Shown here piece after piece: positions 23,611 through 35,134 of a DNA stretch of 64,000 nt. A program made the translations under genes and the position numbers. Under the pieces are notes generated by a model, which was not told where the DNA came from, made no database searches, and saw only the letters and a program-made list of their open reading frames with translations. Within the stretch, counting starts at the first letter, position 1, and every line of letters starts with the position of its first letter. Source of the DNA: Chiloscyllium plagiosum (lineage: Eukaryota); the NCBI RefSeq assembly GCF_004010195.1, contig NC_057718.1, positions 68,141,872 to 68,205,871 of the forward strand, written 5' to 3'.

Positions 23611-26600
23611 GAAACCTCCCTCTTAAATTTGTTGCATTGGAATTCTACTGTCCAACAAATAAAGGTGCTGCAATGTTATTACTGGCCAAAGGATCTAATT
23701 ACATCTTGACTACTTTATGTGAGCAGTACTATTATAATCGGGGAAGTAGGAATTTATAATGACAATGCAAAAAAAAAGGACTGCATGCATAGCTTTAAAA
23801 CAGTTATTACAAATTGCTGATTTATATTATTATGTAAGAGCTTACCCCCCCACAATGCAAATATTAATGCTTTCTTTTGATTTTGTACCAAGCTAAGTGT
23901 TTATTTATAAATTTGCACAGTGCTTCAGCACCTTCCAGACACATTACTACAGGTTCTGCATTAAAATTCAATTATAGCTGATTTGTGAAATTCTGCACAT
24001 TATATTATTCCATGTCTGATAAAACTGAGTCATTGAAATCATATTATGCATAAAGTTATAAGGAAAATAAAAAATCTGTTCAGCAAACATCTGTATTTCT
24101 CATCTTCCCTCCAGCCCTGACCCACCCAGAAACATGGGTACAGCATACAATACTGTGTTGACAGAAACCTGAGACAGGGATGAGAAAAAGAAGGTTAATG
24201 CATCAGAGGTCCAACTATTGGTTATGCCCATACCTTATTTGGTTTGCCATAGCTATCTGTACAGTCTATCGTTGGTTTATGTCAGCTGTCCTTTTTGTAC
24301 AATGAGTATTGTTGTTCTTTGCTCTTTAAAGCCCATAAAAGTAAAATTGGCTTCAACATATGAGCTCTGCTGCATAACTGCAACATTGTACATACAGTAA
24401 TATTCAGCGTAGTGAAAATGTTTCATTAAAATATGTTGTTAGTCTATTCTATTTCTCAGCAAATGTAGATGTTATTCTACAGGTTGCACAAGGGTGAAAG
24501 CGTCAGGTAGCTTCTTAAAAATGTACTAAATTCCTACTTCCCTATTTTTGTGGTCATTAGGGTCTGAATTCTATGCTGGAATACCTGCTGTTAAAGAGCT
24601 GTATCCTATCAGGCTTGTTTCTGGTCATTGGTATGGAGCCATGTAGTGACATGCAATTAATGCCAACTTTGAAAAGCCACTCGTATGCCGCTGATCTGAT
24701 GGTGCACAAATCATAATATTGCTTCAAGGTCTCTGAATTGGCTGCGAGCAGCCAAGCACCATCTTCAGTGGACACAGTTTCCAAATGTTATTTGCCTTCT
24801 CTGTCAACTTATGTCAATGTTTTCTCGTTTCAGGATAAAGCTGCCTATGTGCATTATTATAAGCATGCTAGTTGTATGGATAGATATTTGATTTAGTAAC
24901 TGAATGGGAAGTTTAGATAATTATGCAGTCTGTATAGTGAGTATACAAAGTGCCATAACAATCTTCCTTTGTAAAGTCCTCCCATAGGATTGCATGGAGT
25001 ATATGGTGCAGAAAAAGGCCATTCTGCCCATTCTATCCAGCCCAATGTTGATCTGTCACTCAAGCCTCCATTCATTTTTTCTCACCTAAATCTATCTATG
25101 CAGTGCTCAATGCCCAGTATCTGCCTCGTTGTCTCTCCCATGATAGATGATACAATATTTTCCTTCCTTGCTGAACTGCTATCATAGAAAAGCCTTTCCT
25201 CTTGCTATTTCATTTTGCAGTAACACAATATTTCGAGTTTGTTTATTTGTGGTTGATGTGAGACATGTTCTTAAATGTAGCCAGTATCCATTTTACCCCC
25301 AAATGTCACTCGATCACTAGAAGTTGTGTATCACTGAATATAACTGAAAGGGCAACATGAAAATTCTTACACGATCTTTTTAACTGCTACAAATTTAATG
25401 GAGCCCTTCCAAGCATAGGTATTGTCAAAATAATTGTATTTATCAAGACGTTAGGTGGTGCTGTTTGTCCTAGGTACAAAAACATTGAGAAATTTGCAGT
25501 AATGTTGTTTTGTTAACCCTCAAAATTTTACATTAAAAAATCCCCTCAACTTCATCCCAGTGCATGATGCCACTTTATTATTAACTGCCATGCTTAACAT
25601 ATTTGCTGTTTGTAGATATCTTATTCCAATTTGAGATGAATTCACTACTTCCCTCCAACTAGAAGGGCTAGGAGGATATCATCTCCAAATCTCATATTCT
25701 TTTTCAAAGTGATTTTCTCATGTTGTAGATTTTCTTCTGTCTTAGATTATCAGGAAATTTGTTTTAAAGTGATTCAACATAATGGTGCAATATGATATCC
25801 TTAATTATATAACATACCCTATCTTACCTCAGAACTGTCAATAATCCCCTGACTGGGTGTTTTAAAAAATCAAAATGAGAAAGATGACACATAGTTGAAG
25901 TATAGAATAAGTTTGAATACCATTGCCCAAACAAATCTGAGCAATAAAACTCTCAATTTTTTTTGTATTAACAGATACTGCCACTCACAGCTTTAAAGAC
26001 TGTTCACAAAGCTATTTCATTAGTAGGTCTCATAGGAAATGGAATTTAATGTCAAGTGGTCATGGACCAAATAACCTTGCTTAAACAAAAGCATTAATCG
26101 GTCTTGCTTTATTTCTCATCTATCCATTTCTGCAAATAGCAGAGATGTTATACACACGTGCCTTAACTAGGGTTAGCCAAATTGATTTGCCTTAGGTGCT
26201 AGAGTCTTGTGAAGACCTAATTTTAACAGCCTGTTTGGACCTATAATCTAATTCTAAATTGTCTAACTGAGTGATTTAACTGCTTAGTCTAAGTAAAATT
26301 ACTCCCATTTGGTCAATATATTCATTTATCCGTATATTTTACAGAGTTGGTTCGAACAACACGCTTGTCAATAGAATTAATACAGAAAACAAAATGATAC
26401 TAGTAACATCAGTAAAATGACAATCGTTTTGTTCACTTATCTTTGGATCAACTAACAAATATTGATGATTGCCATGACCAGACTGGTATCTGAGCCTGAT
26501 TAGCATGCTAACAGTGTAATAGCAGACTTGTACAATCTTTATTGGAATGAGAGTATGCAAGTCAATCCCTTGAACCTTTATGCCATTCAAAAAGATGGTT

Positions 26601-26784
26601 TCACTCTATCCTAACCCCATTTGCCAACCTTAGTTCCATATCCTGTATATGGTTTGCTAACAAAAAATCCATAGATCTGAGATACCAATTGTTGTTTCTG
26701 CAGATATTTCCAGAAGCAGTTTTGCTATTAAGAAAGAGCTTTTTTTTTTATTTCTGCAATGATTTTGCCTGTCCACACTGACTA

Positions 26785-27150
26785 GTATCTCCATAAGGTC
26801 ATCCCTCAGTCTCTGATGCTCCAGCGAAAATAGCCCCAGCCTATTCAGCTGAAACTCCCCCCAATTCCTGCAATATCCTTGTAAATCTTTTTTCTGCACC
26901 CTTTCAAGTTTCATGACATCCACCCTGTAGCAGGGAGGCCAGAATTGAACACAGTATTCCAAAAGAGGCCTAACCAATGTCCTCTACAGCCGCAAGGTGA
27001 CATCACAATTCCTATACTCAATGCACCAACCTATAAAGGCAGACATGCCAAATGCCACCTTCACTACCCTGTCTACGTGCGACTCCATTTTCAAGGAATT
27101 ATGAACCTGCATCCTAAGGTCTCTTTGTTTGGCAACACTCCCCACTCCAG
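26785..27150 (-). mobile_element. CR1 fragment
   Basis: ORF 26657..26977 (VRPLLEYCVQFWPP...LERVQK). Confidence 0.85.
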
Positions 27151-27567
27151 TCCAATTGAAGGTAGGAGACACGGTGGTGTGGAGAGTTGTTTATCAAACT
27201 GGAGGCCTGTGACCAATGTTATGCCAAAAGGATCTGTACTGGGTCCAGTGCTTTTTGTCATTTATATAAGGTACTTGGATGTGAATATAGGAGGAATAGT
27301 TAGTAAGTTTGCAGATGACACCAAAATTGGTGATGGGGTAGACAGAGAAAAAGGTTATCTCAGAGTACAATGGAACCTTGATCAGATAGGCCGATGGGCC
27401 CACAAGTAGCTGATGGAGTTTAATTCAAATAAATATGAGTTGCATTTTGGTAAAGCAAATCAGAGCAGGACTTAAACATTTGATGGTAAGGAGTGTTGGA
27501 GGAGTATTGAGCAAAGAGACCTTGGGGTGCAGGTAGACAGACAGGTGAAGAAGGATTTTGGCACACT

Positions 27568-27806
27568 AAATAAAAACAGAACTATGAATGCTGGGCTTCA
27601 GAAGCAAAAACAGAAATTGTTGGAGCACCTCAGGAGGTCAGGCAGCATCTGTGGAGAGAAATTCGAGTTAACATTTTGGGCCTAGTGACCATTCCTCACT
27701 TTCGAGTTCTCAGGAGGGGTCACTGGACCCAAAATGTTAACTCTGATTGCTGTCCACAGATACTGTCTGACCTGCTGAGCTTTTCCAGCAATTTCTGTTT
27801 TTGTAG
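27568..27806. mobile_element. Fold-back PLE-terminus element (older subfamily)
   Basis: About 85-bp imperfect inverted arms (caaaaacagaaattg...gagttaacattttgg / ccaaaatgttaactc...caatttctgtttttg); flanks tttggcacact / tttggtacact. Confidence 0.8.
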
Positions 27807-27978
27807 ATGTTTGGTACACTTGTCTTTGTGCATTGGTCAGTACATTGTGTATTAGAATTGGAATGTCATGTTTTGGCTGTACAAGGCATTGGTTAGGCAA
27901 GTTTGGGAATACTGCATTCAGTTCTGGTCTCCCTGCTATCGGAAGGATGCAGAAAAAATTTACAAGTATGTGGCTGAA

Positions 27979-28640
27979 GTTTTACCTGCACATCCACGAA
28001 TATCACTTATTGTATCCGTTGCTCCCAATGCGGTCTTCTCTACAATGGGAAGACTGGATGCCTCCACGCAGAGCGCATCAGGGAACATCTCTGGGATACC
28101 CGCACCAATCAACCCCACCGCCCTGTGGCCCAACATTTCAACTCCCCCTCCCACTCTGCCGAGGACATGCAGGTCCTGGGCCTCCTCCACCACCGCTGCC
28201 TTACCACCCGACACCTGGAGGAAGAACGCCTTAGCTTCTGCCTCAGAACACTTCAACCCCAGGGCATCAATGTGGACTTCACCAGTTTCCTCATTTCCCC
28301 TTCCCCCACCTTACCCCAGTTCCAAACTTCCAGCTCAGCACTGTCCTCATGACCTGTCCTACCTGCAAATCTCCCTTCCCACCTCTCCGCTCCACCCTCC
28401 CCTCTGACCTATCACCTCCATCCCCAACCCCATTCACCTAATTGTACTCTTTGCTATCATCTCCCCAGCCTTCCCCCCCCTCCCGCCATCCCATTTATCT
28501 CTCCACCCTGGAGGCTTTCTGCCTGTATTCCTGAAGAAGGGCTTTTGCATGAAACGTCGATTTTCCTGCTCCTCGTGCTTTTCCAGCACCACTCTGATCT
28601 AAACTCTGATTTCCAGCATCTGCAGTCTTCACTTCTGCCT
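27979..28640 (+). mobile_element. Penelope-like element 3' end: GIY-YIG endonuclease remnant and hammerhead-bearing terminus
   Basis: FTCTSTNITYCIRCSQCGLLY..GETG...REHLWDTRTNQPHRPVAQHFNSPSHSAEDMQVLGL...LEEERL...LQPQGINVDF (frameshifted); ctgaagaagggcttttgcatgaaacgtc at 28531-28558. Confidence 0.88.
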
Positions 28641-29499
28641 AAGAGGCTGAGGCTATTTTCCTGCAGCATTGAAGCCTGAGGGGTGACCTTATAGAGGTTT
28701 ATAAAATCATCAGGGCATGGATAGAGTAAATAGCCACGATCTTTTTTTCCCAGGGGCGGGCAGCCCAAAGCTAGAGAGCATACGTTTAAGGTGAGGGGGG
28801 AAAGATTTAAAGGAGACTTAAGGAGCATTTTTTTTTAGTGCAGTAGGTGGTGCGTGTATGGAATGAACTACCAAAGGAAGTTGTGGAGGCTAGTACAGTT
28901 ACAACATTTAAATGGCATCTGAAGGGGTATATGAATAGGAAGGGTTTAGAGGGAAATGGGACTAGATTAATTTAGAATATCTGGTCAGAATGGACAATTT
29001 AGACCGAAGAGCCTGTTTCCGTTTTGTACCGCTCCGTGACTCTATGACACAAGATTTTTAAACTTTAGACAGAATTAAATTTATCAATCATAATGCAAAA
29101 TTTGAGCATGCTCATTTATGTTTCTGATCTGCAAACAATGGATTTGCTCCACAGTTTGATAAAGTGTTTCTGCTTTACACATTTAAGATAACATTGCACA
29201 AGAATTGCTGAAGTGATTCTGAAATCTGAAAATGCCAACAGAGCTTCTGCAACCAAGATAGGTCTTCCACTAGAATGAAAGTTCAAACTCCAAAAGCCTC
29301 TGTGAATCCCATGTTAAGAAAATAAGGTATTGTTTGTAACCCACTGAAAAGAAAATTATCATATTAGGCCTGCCTAATAAGAGTTACAAGCACATATTTA
29401 AAGGGACCAATAAGCTGCATTTCCTTTAAATTAAAGGGCTTTGTTGATCTGTGTCCTTTTGTTTAAAGAAACTTTGAGTCATAGAATTCTATATTTCTG

Positions 29500-30800
29500 A
29501 ACATAGAAACAGGAGTAGGCTATTCAACCTGTCACAAAGTAGATTGATTGTCCACTTCAGTGTTTTTTTCCCCATGGAATGTCTACATCCCTTTATGTTA
29601 TCGGTATTTAAACATCTGCCAATCTCTATTCTGAATATACTCAGTGACTAAGCTTCTGCAGCTCCTGGGATAGAGAGTGTTCTAAAGATTCACGATTTTG
29701 AAATGCCGGTGTTTGACTGGAGTGTACAAAGTTAAAAATCACACAACACCAAGTTATAGCCCAATAGGTTCATTTGGAAGCACTAGCTTTTGGAGCACTG
29801 CTTCTTCATCAGATGGTTGTCTAAAGATTCACAACGGCCAAACAAACAAAGCTCCTCATTGCTGATTCGAGACACCCCAACTGGGGAAACATCTTACCTT
29901 CACCTAAGACCATAAGTAATAGGAACAGGAGTAGGCTGTTCGACCCTTCAAGCCTACTCCATCATTTCAATCCATCCATTTTCTCTGTTTTTCCCCATTA
30001 CCTTTGATTCTTCTATTGATAAAGATTGTATCTATCTCAGCCTTAAATATGCACAAGGACTCTGCCCCGACAACTAATGGAGTTCCAAAGACACTCAAAC
30101 CTCTGAGAAACGAAATAACTCCTCGTCTCAGTCTTAATTTGGTGCACCTTTATTCAGAGATTATGCTCTCTGGTCCCAGATTCTCCCATGAGGGGAAACA
30201 TCCTCTCAGTATTTACTCCATCAAGCCCTGAAGAATCCCAGTATGTTTCAGTGAGATCCCTCTCATTATTCTGAACACCAGTGAGTAGAGTCCCAACCTG
30301 TTTAGCCTTTGTTCATAAGACAGTGTTTCCATGCTGGGCATCATCTAGTGAACCTTCTCTGAACTACCTATTAAATTATACCTTTCCTTAAGGGAAGCAA
30401 ACTGTTCACGTACTCCAGATGTGGTCTCAGCAGTATCTTGAACAGCTGCAATTAAATTTCCATACGCTTGTATTCTAATCTCCTTGAAATACGGGCCAAC
30501 ATTCCATTAACCTTCATGATTACTTGCTGCATTTATGTGCTAGCTTTCTGTGTTTCATATACAAGTACCTTTGTGTTGTAGCTTTCTGTCTATTCCTTTA
30601 AGTACTTTGTAGGTTTCAATGAGATTACCTCTCAATCTTCAAAATTCTAGAGAAAACAGACCTAATTTTCCCAAACTGTTTCATTGGGCAGTCCTGCTAT
30701 CCCATGAAGTCTAGCAACCTTTTATTGCACTTCTTCTATGGTCATAATGTTCTTCTTTGAGGTAAGGGGACCAAAACTGCACTATTTCAGATGCTATATA
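29500..30800 (-). mobile_element. Cluster of older CR1 3' fragments
   Basis: Reverse-complement CR1 tails (acatagaaacaggagtaggc, taggaacaggagtaggctgttcgaccc) and RT C-terminal remnants. Confidence 0.7.
29694..29819 (-). mobile_element. Short hammerhead-bearing element, second family
   Basis: Minus strand catCTGATGAagaagcagtgctccaAAAgctagtg; 13-bp direct repeat tctaaagattcac at 29681 and 29820. Confidence 0.7.
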
Positions 30801-30822
30801 ATCAAGGGAATGGGACTGGGAT

Positions 30823-31276
30823 CAGATTAGATTACTTACAGTGTGGAAACAGGCCCCTCAGCCCAACAAGTCCACACTGACCCGCCAAAGCGCAACCTAC
30901 CCAGACCCATTCCCCTACATTTCACCCCTTCACCTAACCTGCACATTTTTGGACTGTGGAAGGAAAGATTAGATTACATTACAGTGTGGAAACAGGCCCT
31001 TCGGCCCAACAAGTCCACACCGACCCGCCGAAGCGCAACCCACCCATATCCCTACATTTACCCCTTACCTAACACTACGGGCAGTTTAGCATGGCCAAAT
31101 CACCTTACCTGCACATCTTTGGACTGTGGGAGAAAACCGGAGCACCCGGAGGAAACCCACGCAGACACGGGGAGAACGTGCAAACTCCACACAGTCAGTC
31201 GCCTGAGACGGGAATTGAACCCGGGTCTCTGGCGCTGTGAGGCAGCAGTGCTAACCACTGTGCCACCGTGCCGCCA
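30823..31276 (-). mobile_element. Tandem HE1-type SINEs (3' fragment 30823-30960 and full young copy 30966-31276)
   Basis: Reverse complement of the 15685-15999 sequence, with (gatta)n tails. Confidence 0.92.
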
Positions 31277-34058
31277 CAGAAACGTGGCTTAGGGATGGGC
31301 AGGACTGGCAGCTTAATGTTTCAGGATAGAAATGCTACAGCTACAGGAAGAATAGAAAGGGAGGAGGGGGAGTGGCATTTTTGATAAGGGATAGTTTTCG
31401 AGCTGTGCTGAGGGAGGATATTCCAGGAAATACATCCAGGGAAGTTATTTGGGTGGAACTGAGAAATAAGAAAGGGATGATCACCTTATTGGGATTGTAT
31501 TATAGACTCCATAATAGTCAGGTGGAAATTGAGAAACAAACTTGTAAGGAGCTGTCCGCTATCTGCAAGAATAATAGGGTGGTTATGGTAGGAATTTTAA
31601 CTTTGCAAACATAGACTGGGACTGCCATAGTGTTGAGGGTTTAGATGGAGAGGAATTTGTTAAGTGTGTACAAGACAATTTTCTGATTCAGTATGTGGAT
31701 GTTCCTACGAGAGAAGGTGTAAAACTTGACCTACTCTTGGGAAATAGGGCAGGACAGGTGACTGAGGTGTCAGTGGGGGAGCACTTTGGGGCCAGCGACC
31801 ATAATTCTATTCGTTTTAAAATAGTGATGGGAAAGGATAGACCAGATCTAAAATTTGAAGTTCTAAATTGGAGAAAGGCTAATTTTGATGGTATTAGGGT
31901 GGCACGGTGGATCAGTGGTTAGCACTGCTGCCTCACAGCACCAGGGTCCCGGGTTCGATTCCAGCCTCGGGCAACTGTCTGTGTGGAGTTTGCACATTCT
32001 CCCCGTGTCTGCGTGGGATTCCTCTGGGTGCTCCGGTTTCCTCCCACAGTCTAAAAATTTGCAGGTTAGGTGGATTGGCCATGCTAAATTGTCCAAAGTG
32101 TTAGGTACATTCGTCAGAGGGAAATGGGTCTGAGTGGGTTACTCTTCGGAGGGTAGGTGTGGACTTGTTGGGCCAAAAGGCTGTCAGGAATCTAACTTTT
32201 GAAAGTTGATTGGAGGCAGTTGTTCGCAGGTAAAGGGACGGCTGGAAAATGGGAAGCCTTCAGGAATGAGATAACGAGAATCCAGAGAAAGTATATTCCT
32301 GTCAGGGTGAAAGGGAAGGCTGGTAGGTATAGGGAATGCTGGATGACTAAAGAAATTGAGGGTTTGGTTAAGAAAAAGAAGGAAGCATATGTAAGTTATA
32401 GACAGGATAGATCTAGTGAATCCTTAGAAGAATATAAAGTAAGTAGGAGTATACTTAAGAGGGAACTCGAGAGCAAAAAGGGGACATGCGATAGCTTTGG
32501 CAAATAAAATTAAGGAGAATCCAAAGGGTTTTTACAAACACATTAAGGACAAAAGGATAATGGGGGAGATACTAAACAAATATTTTACATCAGTATTTAC
32601 TGTGGAAAAGGATATGGAAGGAAAATAGATGGTGACCTCTTGCAAAATGTCCAGATTACAGAGGAGGAAGTGCTGGATGTCTTGAAACGGGTAAAGGTGG
32701 ATAAATCCCTAGGACCTGATCAGGTGTACCCGAGAACTCTGGGAAGCTAGAGAAGTGATTGCTGGGCCTCTTGCTGAGATATTTGTATCATCGATAGTCA
32801 CGGGCGAGGTGCCGAAAGACTGGAGGTTGGCAAACCTGGTGCCATTGTTTAAGAAGAGCGAGAAGGACAAGCCAGGGAACCAGTGAGCCTGACCTCGGTG
32901 GTGGGCAAGTTGTTGGAGGGAATCCTGAAGGACAGGATGTACATGTATTTGGGGAAAGGCAAGGTCTTATTAGGGATAGTCAACATGGCTTTGTGCATGG
33001 GAAATCATGTCTCACAAACTTGATTGAGTTTTTTGAAGAAGTAACAAAGAGGATCGATGAGGGCAGAGCGGTAGATGTGATCTATATGGACTTCAGTAAG
33101 GCGTTCGACAAGGTTCCCCATGGGAGACTGATTAGCAAGGTTAGATCTCATGGAATACAGGGAGAACTAGCCATTTGGATACAGAACTGGTTCAAAGGTA
33201 GAAGGCAGAGGGTGGTAGTAGTGGTGGTGGTGGTGGGTTGTTTTTCAGACTGGACATCTTTGACCAGTGGAGTGCCACAAGGATCGGTGCTGGGACCTCT
33301 CCTTTTTGTCATTTACATAAATGATTTGGATGCGAACGTAAGTGGTGCAGATGACGCCAAAATTGGAGGTGTAGTGGACAGTGAAGAGGGTTACCTCAGA
33401 TTGCAACAGGGTCTTGACCAGATGGGCCAATGGGCTAGGAAGTGGCAGATGGAATTTAATTCAGATAAATGTGAGGTGCTGCATTTTAGGAAAGCAAATC
33501 TTAGCAGGTCTTATACACTTAATGGTAAAGTCCTAGGGAGTGTTGCTGAACACCGAGACCTTGGAATACAGGTTCATAGTTCCTTGAAAGTGGAGTCGCA
33601 GGTAGATAGGATAGTGAAGAAGGCATTTAGTATGCTTTCTTTTGTTGGTCAGAATATTGAGTACAGGAGTTGGGAGGTCATGCTGCAGCTGTACAGGACA
33701 TTGGTTAGGCCATTGCTGGAATATTGCATGCAATTCTGGTCTCCTTTCTATTGGAAAGATGTTGTGAAACTTGAAAGAGTTCAGAAAAGATTTATAAGGA
33801 TGTTGCCAGAGTTGGAGGATTTGAGCTATAGGGAGAGGCTGAACAGGCTAGGGCTGTTTTCCCTGGAGCGTCGGAGGCTGAGGGGTGACCTTACAGAGGT
33901 TTACAAAATTATGAGGGCCATAGATAGGAATAGGAAGGGTTTGGAGGGATATGGGCCAGGTCCTGGCAGGTGGGACTAGATTGGTTTGGGATATCTGGTT
34001 GGCATGGATGGGTTGGACCAAACAGTCTGTTTCCATGCTGTACATCTCTATGACTATA
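31277..34058 (+). mobile_element. CR1 LINE ORF2 (APE and RT) to 3' end, decayed
   Basis: ORFs 31372.., 31695.., 32199.. and 32993..33979 (GKSCLTNLIEFFEEVT, YMDFSKAFDKVPH, SGVPQGSVLGP, ADDAK); tail ctctatgactat. Confidence 0.93.
31897..32190 (+). mobile_element. HE1-type SINE inserted in CR1
   Basis: ggcacggtggatcagtggttagcactgctgcctcacag...gggttcgattcc. Confidence 0.9.
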
Positions 34059-34229
34059 TGTAATTGAAGCAAGGCTTCACTATTCCTGTACTCAAATCTT
34101 TTTGTGATAAAGGCTGACAAATAGGTAAACTTCCGACCTACTTGCTGCATTTGCATGTAACTTATTGATGAGGGAATTCATTTGCCTATGTACATCTATG
34201 CATTCTAGTCTCTTACCATTTAAGAAGTA

Positions 34230-34748
34230 GAGCTGAAAATGTGTTGCTGGAACAGCGCAGCAGGTCAGGCAGCATCCAGGGAACAGGAGAATCAACGTTT
34301 CGGGCACAAGCCCTTCTTCAGGAATGAAGAAAGTATGTCCAGTAGGCTAAGATAAAAGATAGGGAGGAGGGACTTTGGGGGGGGAGGCGTTGGAAATGCG
34401 ATAGGTGGAAAGAGGTCAAGGTGAGGGTGATAGGTCAGACTGGGGTGGGGACGGAGAGGTCAGGAAGAAGATTGCAGGTTAGGAAGGCGGTGCTGAGTTC
34501 GATGGATTTGACTGAGACAAGGTGGGGAGAGGGGAAATGAGGAAACTGGTGAAATCCGAGTTCATCCCCTGTGGTTGGAGGGTTCCTAGGCGGAAGATGA
34601 GGCGCTCCTCCTCCAACCGTCATGTTGTTATGGTCTGGCGATGGAGGAGTCCAAAGACCTGCATATTCTTGGTGGAGTGGGAGGGGGAGTTGAAGTGTTG
34701 AGCCACGGGGTGGTTGGGTTGGTTGGTCCAGGTGTCCCAGAGGTGTTC
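34230..34748 (-). mobile_element. 5'-truncated Penelope-like element (GIY-YIG C-terminus and hammerhead terminus)
   Basis: Minus strand EHLWDTWTNQPNHPVAQHFNSPSHSTKNMQVFGLL...LEEERLIFRLGTLQPQGMNSDF; CTGAAGAagggcttgtgcccGAAAcgtt at 34321-34294; 14-bp duplication ccatttaagaagta at 34216 and 34749. Confidence 0.9.
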
Positions 34749-35134
34749 CCATTTAAGAAGTACATTGCCATCTGTTTCACTTATTAAATGGATAACACCT
34801 CAATGATTTGGTCATTGAATCTTTTTGAAAGTGCTATCCAATTAATTCAACTTCTCTGTATTTTCCTCGTAACAATGCAATTTTCATTTGAGCAATTTTC
34901 TTTTCCTTTTCAAGTATTTCTCCAGTTCTTTTTTAAATGTTGCTATTGAATCTTCTCCCATCTCTGCTTGATGCTCTAATTTCTCTATCTTTTCCACATA
35001 ATTGAAGTCTTTCAATTCAGTGTTGAATAAATTTTGTCTGTCACCCTTCTAAAGTATGGTGACCTGAATTTGACATTCCAACCAAAGGCTTATCTTAATT
35101 TTCTTGTCTCTGGGTTGTATGCTTCTATTTGTGA

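Larger units (their letters stand above)
27155..29048 (+). mobile_element. CR1 3' portion interrupted by two PLE-derived insertions
   Basis: PKGSVLGPVLFVIYI...SKFADDTKI; 3' UTR ends gactctatgac at about 29045. Confidence 0.85.

Noticed and set aside
26785..29048. Twin-priming 5' inversion of a single CR1
   Set aside because: The minus and plus pieces cover overlapping LINE coordinates (both include the LEYCVQFW region), so they are separate insertions.
30843..31292. Repeated ORFs (WKQALRPNKSTPTRRSATH..., also 15667-15969)
   Set aside because: Antisense translations of HE1 SINE copies.
32993..33979. 328-aa RT ORF as a functional or domesticated gene
   Set aside because: Part of a decayed CR1 with a deletion just before the ADD motif, a GTG/GTA microsatellite expansion (poly-Val) and frameshifted upstream sequence.
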